Program-made: the position numbers and the translations under genes
Notes under the pieces: generated by a model
Seen by the model: only the letters and a program-made list of their open reading frames with translations
Databases searched by the model: none
Told to the model about the DNA's origin: nothing
Assembly (NCBI GenBank): GCA_965226055.1
Contig: CBDDCA010000005.1
Coordinates: forward strand, 352,001-416,000
Length of the DNA stretch: 64,000 nucleotides
Reading direction: 5' to 3'
Origin: Spirochaetia bacterium
GTDB taxonomy: Bacteria > Spirochaetota > Spirochaetia > WTKD01 > G963693115
Part shown: piece after piece, positions 54,515 to 64,000 of the stretch
Layout: each line of letters starts with the position of its first letter
Numbering within the stretch: the first letter of the stretch is position 1

Positions 54515-55234
54515 ATGAAAAAAATTATATTACTTATCTTTATACTAATAACAATATCATCACAATATATATTTTCTGAAACAAAATTTTTTCTAGGGGG
54601 AACAACTACTTCTTTCCCGTCCTTTAGTACTCATACAGGAAAATATAACGAGAAAATTACTTACTTAAAAGATAATGATGTAGAAACAAATACTTCCTCT
54701 ACATACTCTCAATCATCTGATATTTCTCTCATACTAGGAATAAATCTTGATAAAATAATTGACATATATCTTGGTATAGGGAATGGAACTTTTAATACTT
54801 TTACCCTTCAATCAATAGACAACAGAGCTATGTCATTTCAATATTTCTTAACAAATAACATAAATATTCGTTATAATTTTTCGGCACTGGAATGGCTGAG
54901 CTTTTATGTTGCTTCAGGAGCAGGATTAGATATATATCTTATTTCTCTTATGGAAGAAAACAGCAATAGTAAATATGTAAGTTTTAGCTCTCATCCATTG
55001 GATTATTATCTTACACTCAGTGGTGGGGTATCGTTTCACCTTGGTGCCAACCATAATCATCGTATAGGTATTGGACCAAAAGGTAAGTTTTATATTACTG
55101 AAAACTTCGGATTAGAAAGAAAAAAACACAGTGCTACATTTACTACTGATAATGCAATAAGCCGAGAAGCAACATTTGATACACATAGTAGTTTTTTAAT
55201 GGGAATAGAATTTGAATATTCCTATACATTCTAA
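54515..55234 (+). CDS. Putative outer-membrane beta-barrel protein
   Basis: AGGAG RBS, Sec signal, alternating beta-strand pattern, C-terminal FEYSYTF. Confidence 0.65.
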   Translation: MKKIILLIFILITISSQYIFSETKFFLGGTTTSFPSFSTHTGKYNEKITYLKDNDVETNTSSTYSQSSDISLILGINLDKIIDIYLGIGNGTFNTFTLQSIDNRAMSFQYFLTNNINIRYNFSALEWLSFYVASGAGLDIYLISLMEENSNSKYVSFSSHPLDYYLTLSGGVSFHLGANHNHRIGIGPKGKFYITENFGLERKKHSATFTTDNAISREATFDTHSSFLMGIEFEYSYTF

Positions 55235-55268
55235 CTCAAATCATACAATCAATGACTATTATTAAATA

Positions 55269-55341
55269 AGGCGTTGGGCGGATTCGAACCGCCGCATAAA
55301 GGTTTTGCAGACCTCTCCCTTAACCACTTGGGTACAACGCC
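55269..55341 (-). tRNA. tRNA-Cys(GCA), CCA not encoded
   Basis: GGCGTTG acceptor, CCAAGTGGTTAAGG D-arm, GGTCTGCAAAACC anticodon arm, GGTTCGAATCC T-arm. Confidence 0.96.
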
Positions 55342-55393
55342 ATTTATATTTTTATTATTCTTCCTAGAAATGATATTACTCTATCATTATTTT

Positions 55394-55810
55394 CTAAATG
55401 AGATCTGTCAACTTAAAGAAAATCTTAATCTCACGCTCAGCACTCTTTTCAGAATCTGATGCATGGATAACATTCTCTTGCACGAACAAAGCAAAATCTC
55501 CACGAATAGTACCTGGCTTAGCTTCTAATGGATTAGTCGCTCCAATAAGAGTACGCACCATACTTACTGCTTCCTCTCCTTGCCAGACCATAGCAATTAT
55601 TGGAGCTGACATATATTCAATTAGAGAGGAATAAAAAGGCTTATTCTTATGTTCTCGATATAAACTTTCAAGCTGTTTTTGTGTAGGAATACATGCTTTT
55701 AGTGATTTTAGTATCAATCCTTTTTGCTCAAAACGCTGGATAATATTTCCTACTATTCGTTTTTTTTCAAACCCTGGTTTAATCATTGTAAAGACACTTT
55801 GTATAGACAT
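55394..55810 (-). CDS. ndk: Nucleoside diphosphate kinase
   Basis: MIKPG, PGTIRGDFA, NVIHASDS; start at MSIQ (55810). Confidence 0.95.
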   Translation of the reverse strand: MSIQSVFTMIKPGFEKKRIVGNIIQRFEQKGLILKSLKACIPTQKQLESLYREHKNKPFYSSLIEYMSAPIIAMVWQGEEAVSMVRTLIGATNPLEAKPGTIRGDFALFVQENVIHASDSEKSAEREIKIFFKLTDLI

Positions 55811-55816
55811 ATTTTT

Positions 55817-55845
55817 ATTATACTTATTTATCACTCCTAGTGCAA
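55817..55845 (-). promoter_or_regulatory. Sigma70 promoter placing +1 on the ndk ATG (leaderless)
   Basis: TTGCAC-17-TATAAT-6nt-ATG. Confidence 0.72.
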
Positions 55846-55863
55846 GATATACATCATTTTTTT

Positions 55864-55912
55864 GGACTGTTACTCTCTCGTATACTCTATAAAGATACTG
55901 TAGTAACAGTCC
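55864..55912. repeat. 11-bp inverted repeat with 27-nt spacer at the edge of the duplicated lipoprotein unit
   Basis: GGACTGTTACT...AGTAACAGTCC; sequence shared with copies A/B begins at 55913. Confidence 0.55.
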
Positions 55913-55930
55913 CTTACTGCTCTTATGGTT

Positions 55931-55966
55931 CTATAGCAAGAAAGGAGCTATCCTTTCTTGCTATAG
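55931..55966. terminator. Conserved 3' hairpin of copy C
   Basis: Identical to the copy B hairpin. Confidence 0.7.
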
Positions 55967-55987
55967 GTATGCGTCTCTTATGCTCTA

Positions 55988-58900
55988 CTATGAGCTACAT
56001 TGTGCAGATCCTTTGAATTTTGGATGTTTATTTGAAACTCCATCTAAAGGTGAACCTAAAAACATAGTGCCAATATCAGCTCCATCTGGTTTGAAATTAC
56101 ACATTTTCAAAGATGATAAATCTTGATTAAATACAGAGGCAGCGGTAAACATACTTATTGCATTACTAACCTTACTTACATCCCAATTTCCTATGTTTTG
56201 ATTAAATTTTTCAGCGCCAGCAAATATACTATGCATATTAGTAACCTCACTCACATCCCAATCTCCTATGTTTTGATCAAAAGCACTTGCTAGCTTAAAC
56301 ATACCCAGCATACTTGTTACATTACTGGTATTCCACCGTGTTATATTTCCATTAAAAATTTTATCATTATTGAATAAATCACTCATATCAGTAATGGCAC
56401 TGGTATCTATCATGTTGAGGTTGGGGCTATTGGTGTTTTGTCTGCTTGCTCCTCTTTCTGCAGTGATAATATCTTGCAATGCTTTCTTCGTTGTTGGTCT
56501 GTAATAGCTAGCTACTTGTCCTGCTAGCTTCACCAGTCCTGTCTCTACATTGATAGTCGCAAGTGCCTTTTGTCCTGAGTATGCTCCTGCAGAAGTAATG
56601 GTACACTCCACTACCTCATAGTTATACTCAGTTATAGCAGTATCATGTATGTTTGATTTATTTGCTGTGCCTGTTATTGTTACTGTATTGGTATTTTTTG
56701 CAAATGTTACTGTTAGACCTGTTTCTTCTTTGAGTGTGCTGTCATCTAAGGTGCTTTCATCACAGGTAAATGATAGTCCACTAGGACTGATACTGGTAAG
56801 TACTCTCGTTGTATTTTGTGCAAGTGCTGTGCCTACTGTTGCTGATACCTTTGTGGTATTTCCTATCGCTACTGCTGGTGTGCTGGCAGATACTGCTGTT
56901 GCTTCTGCTGATACTTTTGTCTTTTTAAGGCTGTTTACTGCTACTGCGGTGATATAGTATTTTGTATTCAATCGTAGATTGCTTATTGTATAGCTTGTTG
57001 CTCCTGTTGGCACATCATCTTTTTCTGCTCCTTCTTGTGCATCACTTGCTGCTTTTGCTTGCGTTTTTACTGTTGCTCCATCTATGTTTGTTTTTGAGGC
57101 TGCATAGTATACTATGTAATCTATTTGATTATCTCTTAAATCAGTTCCGTCTGCTGTCGTTCCTTTTACGGTAGGGGCTGTTATGGTAAGTACTATGGTA
57201 ACTCCTTGTGCATTTGCTTGTATGGTGGGCTTTCCTGGTGCGGCATAGGCTTCTTTTGCTTCAAATTCCTTTCGAACTCCTGTTGCTTCTTTGCTGGTAT
57301 CGGTGCTGTTTACTGCTTGTACTACTATTTCGTAAGTTGTGCCTACTGTCAATCCTGTCAGAGTGCTGTTGGTTGTATCTGCTGCTACTGTTGTGGAGCT
57401 TCCTGCTGCTGTTTTTATTTGTGCTACGCTTTTTGCACTGCCACTCTTGGCTACTTTGTATACTTTGTACGATACTTGTGCTACTGTTAGGGCATCTCCT
57501 TTGTTTGTTTTGTGGCTTGCATTGAGGCTGGGGGCTGTCCACGATAGCGTTGCACTCCCTCCTGTTACTCCCCCTACTTGTATGTTGCTTACTTCTGCGG
57601 GGGCAGTCGCTTGTGATGCGGTTGTTACACTTGCCACTGTCGATACTGCTTTTTTGCTTGTGTCTGTTTTTACTGCTACTTCTACCACAAAGTGATACTT
57701 TGTTGCTCCTTTTATTGCTACTACTGCTGCTGTTTCACTAGACAAGCCTAAACTGGCAAGGGCAGAGACAGTGTATACTCCGCTCCTTGCTGTGCCTATG
57801 TTTACTTTTCTCCCTCTTTGTACTTCTGCTACGGTAGCAGTGCTGTCTTTCTGTAAGCCGTACACTGTGTATACTAGCTCATCATTGCTTGTTACTGTTG
57901 TGCCATCTTTGTTTTTTGCTCCTGTTATTGTGCTTAACTGTGTGAGTACGAGCTTTATTGTTCCTGCTGTGCTTGTTGAGGGTGATACTACCAGCTTGCC
58001 TGTTAAGGACGATGTAGGGGCTGTTGCTTTTGAGGTAGGGATAGTGCTCAGTTCTAGTTTTTGTATCAGTGCGGGATCTTTGCTTTGTGCTTTCTTTGTT
58101 GCATAGGGATTGAGGCTGTTTATTGCTTCTATGCCTATGGTGTATACTGCTCCTTTTGTTCCTATAAATGTTCCTCGTAAACTGCTGTTTCCTGCTATCT
58201 CTTGTGTTTGTACTCCTCCCATTGCTTTTATTTCCGCTATGCTTTTAGTACTCTGGTCTCCTGCTACTATGTATACTTTGTACTGTATTTGTGCTTGTGT
58301 GAGTTGTCTGTCGTTGGGTGCTTTGTGGTTACTGGTAATTGTTCCTTTTTGAAACTCATACTGTACGGTATCGCTTGTTTGTGTTGATGTTTCAATAAAC
58401 AGTGATAGGCTTTCTGGTGCGGGTGGGACAGTGGATATTGCATCATGTACTGCTACTTTGTCAGTGAGCGTTGTTGGGGGGCTTACTCTGTTATTTTCTA
58501 CTGTGAGAAAGGTAAAGCTATAGCTTTTTGCATTTGCTTGTGTTGATGATACTTCTACGCCATCTGCTATGCCAAAGCTAATGGTGGTTGCTGTTCTTGT
58601 TATGCTTTTTTCTGCTACCAAGTTTGTGCTATCTAACATACGCAGAGTGTAGTATCTTCCTATGCCTGGAGCTTGCTTAAATGTTGCTTTTATTTGTATT
58701 GCTCCTGTACTTGTGTCTAGGGCGGGCTTGCTTTGAAAGAGATCTTCTGACGGAGCTGTGAGTGAGTTGGGGGTTGTTATGTCTTTTGTTGCTTTGCTAC
58801 TTTTGTTTTCTGAGTAATCATAGGTGAGTATTGTTACGGTATATGTTTTGCCTTGCACAAGTTCTTCGACAGAGAGTGATGTTGTGGGATAGGGTATTTT

Positions 58901-60554
58901 CTTCTCGTTCAGTACTGTGGTGCTTGTGCCTTTCTCTGCTATGCTTACACTGTATTCTTTTATGTCTTTGTTATTGGCTTTTGTTATATCGGGGGCTGTC
59001 CATGTTATCTTGTGTGCCTACCTTTGTATTTGATACAAAAGGATAGCTTGCTTGTATGCTTGTCACTGCATCGGGGGCGGTGCTATCTGCTGCTGTGGTT
59101 ACTGTGGCTGTTGCTTCTGTTCCTTTATTGCCTACACTGTCCATTGATACGACTGCCACTGTATACTCGGTGGTTGCTTTGAGGCCTGTTATCTGCGTGT
59201 TGCGTACTGCTCTCTCTGTTATTGTCACTGTCTTTGCTGGAGAACTGCTGTCCTTTTCTGTTGCTGTTATAGTCACTCCTGCATAGTCTCGTACATCGGG
59301 TGCTTGCCAGCCTACTACTATGCTTGTTGCTCCTCCTACTACACTTACATTGGTCGCGGGCTTTGTTGTCTTGTCTGTTGTTGCTTGTTCTTTTGACACT
59401 GCAGTAGAGTACTTTCCGTTTTGAGAAACATACACTTCTACTTTGTACGTAAGCGTGCCGTAGAGTTTTGTGAGGGCTATGCCGTCCTTTGCTACATACA
59501 CAGTTGCATATTCTTTGTTTTGTGCGGTTGCACTGCTGAGTGCTGCAGTACTGCTATTGTTCACAGTTGCTTCTGCTACTACTGTATTTGTTGCTTTTGT
59601 TGTTACTCGTACTAAGAGGCTTTTGTCGGTAAAGGCAAAGCTCCCCCACATAATAAGCAAGCTCTCATCGGCTGGGCTATTGCTTTTATCGTTTGCTGTT
59701 ACTGTAAGGTCTGATGCAGAAAGTGGCGTTACTGTTTGTGAAAGCTGGGATGCTTGCACGCCTGTCAATACTGTTGTAAGACTGCTTGTGTTGTCATTTC
59801 TGTCTTTGTAGCGTATTTCTACATCATAGGATATGCCTGCAAGCGTGGAGACATTTGAAAGTATAACTTCTCCTTGCTGTAGGTTCTGCACGGTAGCTTG
59901 TGCAAGCACTATGCCACCAGTTGTGCTTTTTACCACTATCGTTGCTTCGGCTATATCTGTTTTGCCTGATGCAAGTCGCTCTTTGTCCCATGTTATTTTT
60001 ATGCCATCCCCCGATTTCTCTACTCCTACCTGTGTCAATGTGTCCTGTGGTGCAGTAGTATCTACCAGTGTTGTCACGGAGCGTGTTGTTTTTGGTGATA
60101 CTTCTGTGTCTTTTTGTGCTTCTATCTCTACGGTGTAGTTGGTGAGGGCTTGTAAGCCTTTGAGTTGGTACGATTGTCCTTGTTGAAAGAGTGTTTGATA
60201 TTCTATGGCAGGAACACGCACTTCTATTGATTGTGCTGGTGTCGTTGATGTAGCTTTTACTACTACATGCGTGGCATCACTGGGAGCTTGCCAGCGTAAC
60301 GAGAGCGTCCCATCGTTGCTTGCTGCTTGTATCTGCACATTGGACACTGATGCGAGTGTCGGTGCTACTGGTGTTCCCCCTCCGCCTGATGAGGAACTGC
60401 TACTGCCCTCCGAACATCCTACGAGTATGAGGATTGCTAGCACTAAAAATAATGCTACTAGAGTTAGGTTTTGCTTATATTGAGAGTGTACCCCCCCCCC
60501 CCCCCCGATTTTTTTCACGCTGTATAGCTCTTTGCTTTTGTAGCTATCATTCAT
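55988..60554 (-). pseudogene. Giant FN3-stalk/DUF285-tip lipoprotein, copy C; poly-G in frame but +1 frameshift at ~59010
   Basis: ORFs 60554-58971 and 58858-55988 are collinear with A/B; CAG ATA has become CAAGATA (extra base at 59010-59011). Confidence 0.82.
60491..60506 (-). repeat. Poly-G tract (G16) in the signal-peptide coding region of copy C (in frame)
   Basis: 16 C on the + strand; reads [16 protein letters not shown]. Confidence 0.9.
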
Positions 60555-60646
60555 AGAAATACTCCTTACTATTTGTTTTATTGTATATAGTATTATACAC
60601 AATAATATTATAGCACAAAATAGTATTTTATATATCTATAAAGAAC

Positions 60647-60678
60647 ATAGCAAGAAAGGAACTATCCTTTCTTGCTAT
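60647..60678. terminator. Conserved 3' hairpin of copy D, abutting the copy C promoter
   Basis: ATAGCAAGAAAGGA-acta-TCCTTTCTTGCTAT. Confidence 0.7.
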
Positions 60679-60705
60679 AAGCTGTATTTCTATACTATGC
60701 TACGA

Positions 60706-63700
60706 CTAAGGACATGCTACTTTATCAGTGCTATCTTTTGGGTACTGTGCCGTTTTTCCCTCCATAGCCGAACCTGAGAAATCAGAATTCTTAATTCTTA
60801 CTTTACATATTTTCCATGATGATAAATCTTGATCAAAATTAGAGGCATCCTCAAAAATATCGCTAATGTGATTAACACTCGCTACTTTCCAATTTCCTAT
60901 GTCTTTATTAAAAGATGTTCTACGAAACATCGAATCCATCTTTGTAACACTACTCACATCCCAGCTTCCTATATCTTGATTAAAGGCACTTGCTCCATTG
61001 AACATATCACTCATCATAATAACCTTACTCACATCCCAATCTCCTATATCTTGATTAAAAGCACTTGAGTTCAAAAACATATATTGCATATTTCCTACAT
61101 TACTGGTATTCCACCGTGTTATGTCTCCATTAAAAGTACTATCGCTATCAAATAAACTACTCATATCTATAATAGCACTGGTGTCTATTATGCTGAGGTT
61201 GGGGCTATTAGTGTTTTGTCTGCCTGCTCCTCTTTCTGCAGTGATAATAGCTTTAAGTTCTGTCCTGCCTGTTGGTCTATAATAGCTAGCTGACTGTCCT
61301 GCTAGTTTCACCAGTCCTGTCTCTACATTGATAGTCGCAAGTACTTTTCCTCCTGAATAAGATCCCGAAGTAATTGTACATTGCACTACCCCATAGTTAT
61401 ACTCAGTAATAGCAGAGTCATGTATGTTTGATTTATTTGCTATGCCTGTTATCGTTACTGTATTGGTATTTTTTGCAAATGTTACTGTTAAGCCTGTTTC
61501 TTTTTTGAGTGTGCTGTTATCGTTATCTATTGTGCTTTCATCACAGGTAAATGATAGTCCACTAGGACTAATACTGGCAAGTACTCTCGTAGTATGTGCT
61601 GATGTTGGTGCTGAGCCTACTGTTGCTGATACCTTTGTGGTATTTCCTATCGCTACTGCTGGTGTGCTGGCAGATACTGCTGTTGCTTCTGCTGATACCT
61701 TTGTCTTTTTGAGGCTGTTTACTGCTACTGCGGTGATATAGTATTTTGTATTCAATCGTAGGTTGCGTATTGTATAGCTTGTTGCTCCTGTTGGTACATC
61801 GTCTTTTTCTGCTCCTTCTTGTGCATCACTTGCTCCTTGTGCTTGTGTTTTTACTGTTGCTCCATCTATGTCTTTTGTTGAGGCTGCATAGTATACTATA
61901 TAATCTATTTGATTATCTCTTAAATCAGTTCCATCTGCTGTCGTTCCTTTCACAGTAGGGGCTGTTATGGTAAGTACTATGGTAACTCCTTGTGCATTTG
62001 CTTGTATGGTGGGCTTTCCTGGTGATACATAGGCTTCTTTTGCTATAAACTCCTTGCGTTCTCCTGTTGCTTCTTTGTTGGTATCGGTGCTGTTTACTGC
62101 TTGTACTACTATTTCGTAAGTTGTGCCTACTGTCAATCCTGTCAGAGTGCTGTTGGTTGTGCCTGCTGCTACTGCTGTGGAGCTTCCTGCTGCTGTTTTT
62201 ATTGCTGCTACGCTTTTTGCACTGCCACTCTTGGCTACTTTGTATACTTTGTACGATACTTGTGCTACTGTTAGGGTAGCTCCTTTGTTTGTTTTGTGGC
62301 TTGCATTGAGGCTGGGGGCTGTCCACGATATTGTTGCATTGCCTCCGTCTACTCCCCCTACTTGTATGTTGCTTACTTCTGCGGGGGCAGTCGCTTGTGA
62401 TGCGGTTGTTACACTTGCCACTGTCGATACTGCTTTTTTGCTTGTGTCTGTTTTTACTGCTACTTCTACCACAAAATGATACTTTGTCGCTCCCTTTATT
62501 GCTACTACTGGTGCTGTTTCGCTAGACAAGCCTAAACTGGCAAGGGCTGGTACTGTGTACACTCCACTACTTACACTGCCTAGGTTTACTTTTCTGCCTG
62601 CAAGTACTTCTGCTACTGTTGGAGTGGTGTCTTTCTGTAAGCCGTATACTGTGTATACGAGCTCATCATTGCTTGTTACTGTTGTGCCATCTTTGTTTTT
62701 TGCTCCTGTTATTGTGCTTAACTGTGTGAGTACGAGCTTTATTGTTCCTACTGTGTTTGTTGAGGGTGATACTACCAGCTTGCCTGTTAAGGACGATGTA
62801 GGGGCTGTTGCTTTTGAAGTAGGGATAGTGCTTAATTCTAGTTTTTGTATCAGTGCAGGGTCTTTACTTTGTGCTTTCTTTGTCGCATAGGGATTGAGGC
62901 TGTTTATTGCTTCTATACCTATGGTGTATACTGCTCCTTTTGTTCCTATAAATGTTCCTCGTAAGCTGCTGTTTCCTGCTATCTCTTGCGTTTGTACTCC
63001 TCCCATTGCTTTTATTTCACCTATGCTTTTAGTACTCTGGTCTCCTGCTACTATGTATACTTTGTACTGTATTTGTGCTTGTGTGAGTTGTCTGTCGTTG
63101 GGTGCTTTGTGCTTGCTGGTAATTGTTCCTTTTTGAAAATCATACTGCACGGTATCGCTTGTTTGTGTTGATGTTTCAATAAACAGAGTGAGATTCTCTG
63201 GTGCGGGTGGGACAGTGGATACTGCATCATATACTGCTACTTTATCAGTGAGCGTTGTTGGAGGGCTTACTCTGTTATTTTCTACTGTAAGAAAGGTAAA
63301 GCTATAGCTTTTTGCATTTGCTTGCGTTGAGGATACTTCTATGCCATCTGCTATGCCAAAGCTAATGGTGGTTGCTGTACTTGTTATGCTTTTTTCTGCT
63401 ACCAAGTTTGTGCCATCTAACATACGCAGGGTGTAGTACTTATTTGATCCAGGAGCTTGCTTAAATGTTGCTTTTATTTGTATGACTCCTGTTGTTGTGT
63501 CTAGGGCAGGCTTGTTTTGAAAGAGATCTTCTGAGGGAGCTGTGAGTGAGTTGGGGGTGGTTATGTCTTTTGTGGCTTGGCTACTTTTGTTTCCTGCATA
63601 GTCTATGGCTTGTATTGTTATGGTGTATGTTTTGCCTTGCGTGAGTTCTTCTACAGAGAGTGATGTTGTGGGATAGGGTATTTTCTTCTCACTCAGTACT

Positions 63701-64000
63701 GTGGTGCTTGTGCCTTTTTCTTGTATGCTCACGCTGTACTCTTTTATGTCTTTGTTATTGGCTTTTGTTACATCAGGGGCTGTCCATGTTATCTGTGTGC
63801 CTATCTTTGCTGCTGATACAAAAGGGTAGCTTACTTGTATGTTTGTCACCGCATCGGGGGCGGTGCTATCTGCTGCTGTGCTGACTGTGGCTGTTGCTTC
63901 TGTTCCTTTGTTGCCTGCACTGTCCATTGATACGACTGACACTGTATACTCGGTGGTTGCTTTGAGGCCTGTTATTTGTGTGTTGCGTATTGTTCTCTCT
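60706..64000 (-). CDS. Giant FN3-stalk/DUF285-tip lipoprotein, copy D (5' part outside window)
   Basis: Frame open to the window edge ([20 protein letters not shown]); stalk near-identical to A-C; four tip repeats. Confidence 0.9.
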   Translation of the reverse strand, partial: ERTIRNTQITGLKATTEYTVSVVSMDSAGNKGTEATATVSTAADSTAPDAVTNIQVSYPFVSAAKIGTQITWTAPDVTKANNKDIKEYSVSIQEKGTSTTVLSEKKIPYPTTSLSVEELTQGKTYTITIQAIDYAGNKSSQATKDITTPNSLTAPSEDLFQNKPALDTTTGVIQIKATFKQAPGSNKYYTLRMLDGTNLVAEKSITSTATTISFGIADGIEVSSTQANAKSYSFTFLTVENNRVSPPTTLTDKVAVYDAVSTVPPAPENLTLFIETSTQTSDTVQYDFQKGTITSKHKAPNDRQLTQAQIQYKVYIVAGDQSTKSIGEIKAMGGVQTQEIAGNSSLRGTFIGTKGAVYTIGIEAINSLNPYATKKAQSKDPALIQKLELSTIPTSKATAPTSSLTGKLVVSPSTNTVGTIKLVLTQLSTITGAKNKDGTTVTSNDELVYTVYGLQKDTTPTVAEVLAGRKVNLGSVSSGVYTVPALASLGLSSETAPVVAIKGATKYHFVVEVAVKTDTSKKAVSTVASVTTASQATAPAEVSNIQVGGVDGGNATISWTAPSLNASHKTNKGATLTVAQVSYKVYKVAKSGSAKSVAAIKTAAGSSTAVAAGTTNSTLTGLTVGTTYEIVVQAVNSTDTNKEATGERKEFIAKEAYVSPGKPTIQANAQGVTIVLTITAPTVKGTTADGTDLRDNQIDYIVYYAASTKDIDGATVKTQAQGASDAQEGAEKDDVPTGATSYTIRNLRLNTKYYITAVAVNSLKKTKVSAEATAVSASTPAVAIGNTTKVSATVGSAPTSAHTTRVLASISPSGLSFTCDESTIDNDNSTLKKETGLTVTFAKNTNTVTITGIANKSNIHDSAITEYNYGVVQCTITSGSYSGGKVLATINVETGLVKLAGQSASYYRPTGRTELKAIITAERGAGRQNTNSPNLSIIDTSAIIDMSSLFDSDSTFNGDITRWNTSNVGNMQYMFLNSSAFNQDIGDWDVSKVIMMSDMFNGASAFNQDIGSWDVSSVTKMDSMFRRTSFNKDIGNWKVASVNHISDIFEDASNFDQDLSSWKICKVRIKNSDFSGSAMEGKTAQYPKDSTDKVACP

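Noticed and set aside
55274-55459. 61-aa ORF MGGFEPPHKGFADL
   Set aside because: Antisense translation of tRNA-Cys
55988-64000. Invertase-driven shufflon among the paralogues
   Set aside because: All copies are co-oriented, and no recombinase gene or inverted crossover sites are visible in the window

Overview
Low-GC bacterial chromosome segment, most likely a host-associated spirochaete (inferred from the FlgD-Ig/OmpA protein, a Bdr/DUF1640-like protein and the lipoprotein style; not proven). Housekeeping genes: prfA end, prmC, tpx, dapA, rsmA, comEC, accBCDA, mlaEFD, an M29 aminopeptidase, ribDEBH, clpB, ndk and tRNA-Cys. There is also a Moco-biosynthesis/nitrate reductase/NarK block. About 25 kb encodes giant surface lipoproteins. 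Four near-identical ~1500-aa FN3-stalk paralogues (A 1337-6038, B 31570-36117, C 55988-60554, D 60706->64000) differ mainly in a hypervariable C-terminal DUF285/BspA-like repeat tip, are mosaics of one another and share a 3' hairpin. A fifth, ~2470-aa lipoprotein alternates DUF285 and Ig-like modules. Three of these genes carry a G14-G16 tract inside the signal-peptide coding region. Read from the SD-led ATG, two are frameshifted OFF, which the ORF track hides. Together this looks like an antigenic-variation repertoire combining poly-G phase switching with gene conversion. Other signals: seven genes with a -10 box exactly 6 nt before an SD-less ATG (leaderless mRNAs), three solo IS30-like ends, a 16-Cys metallothionein-like peptide before clpB, and a palindromic operator in the narK promoter.
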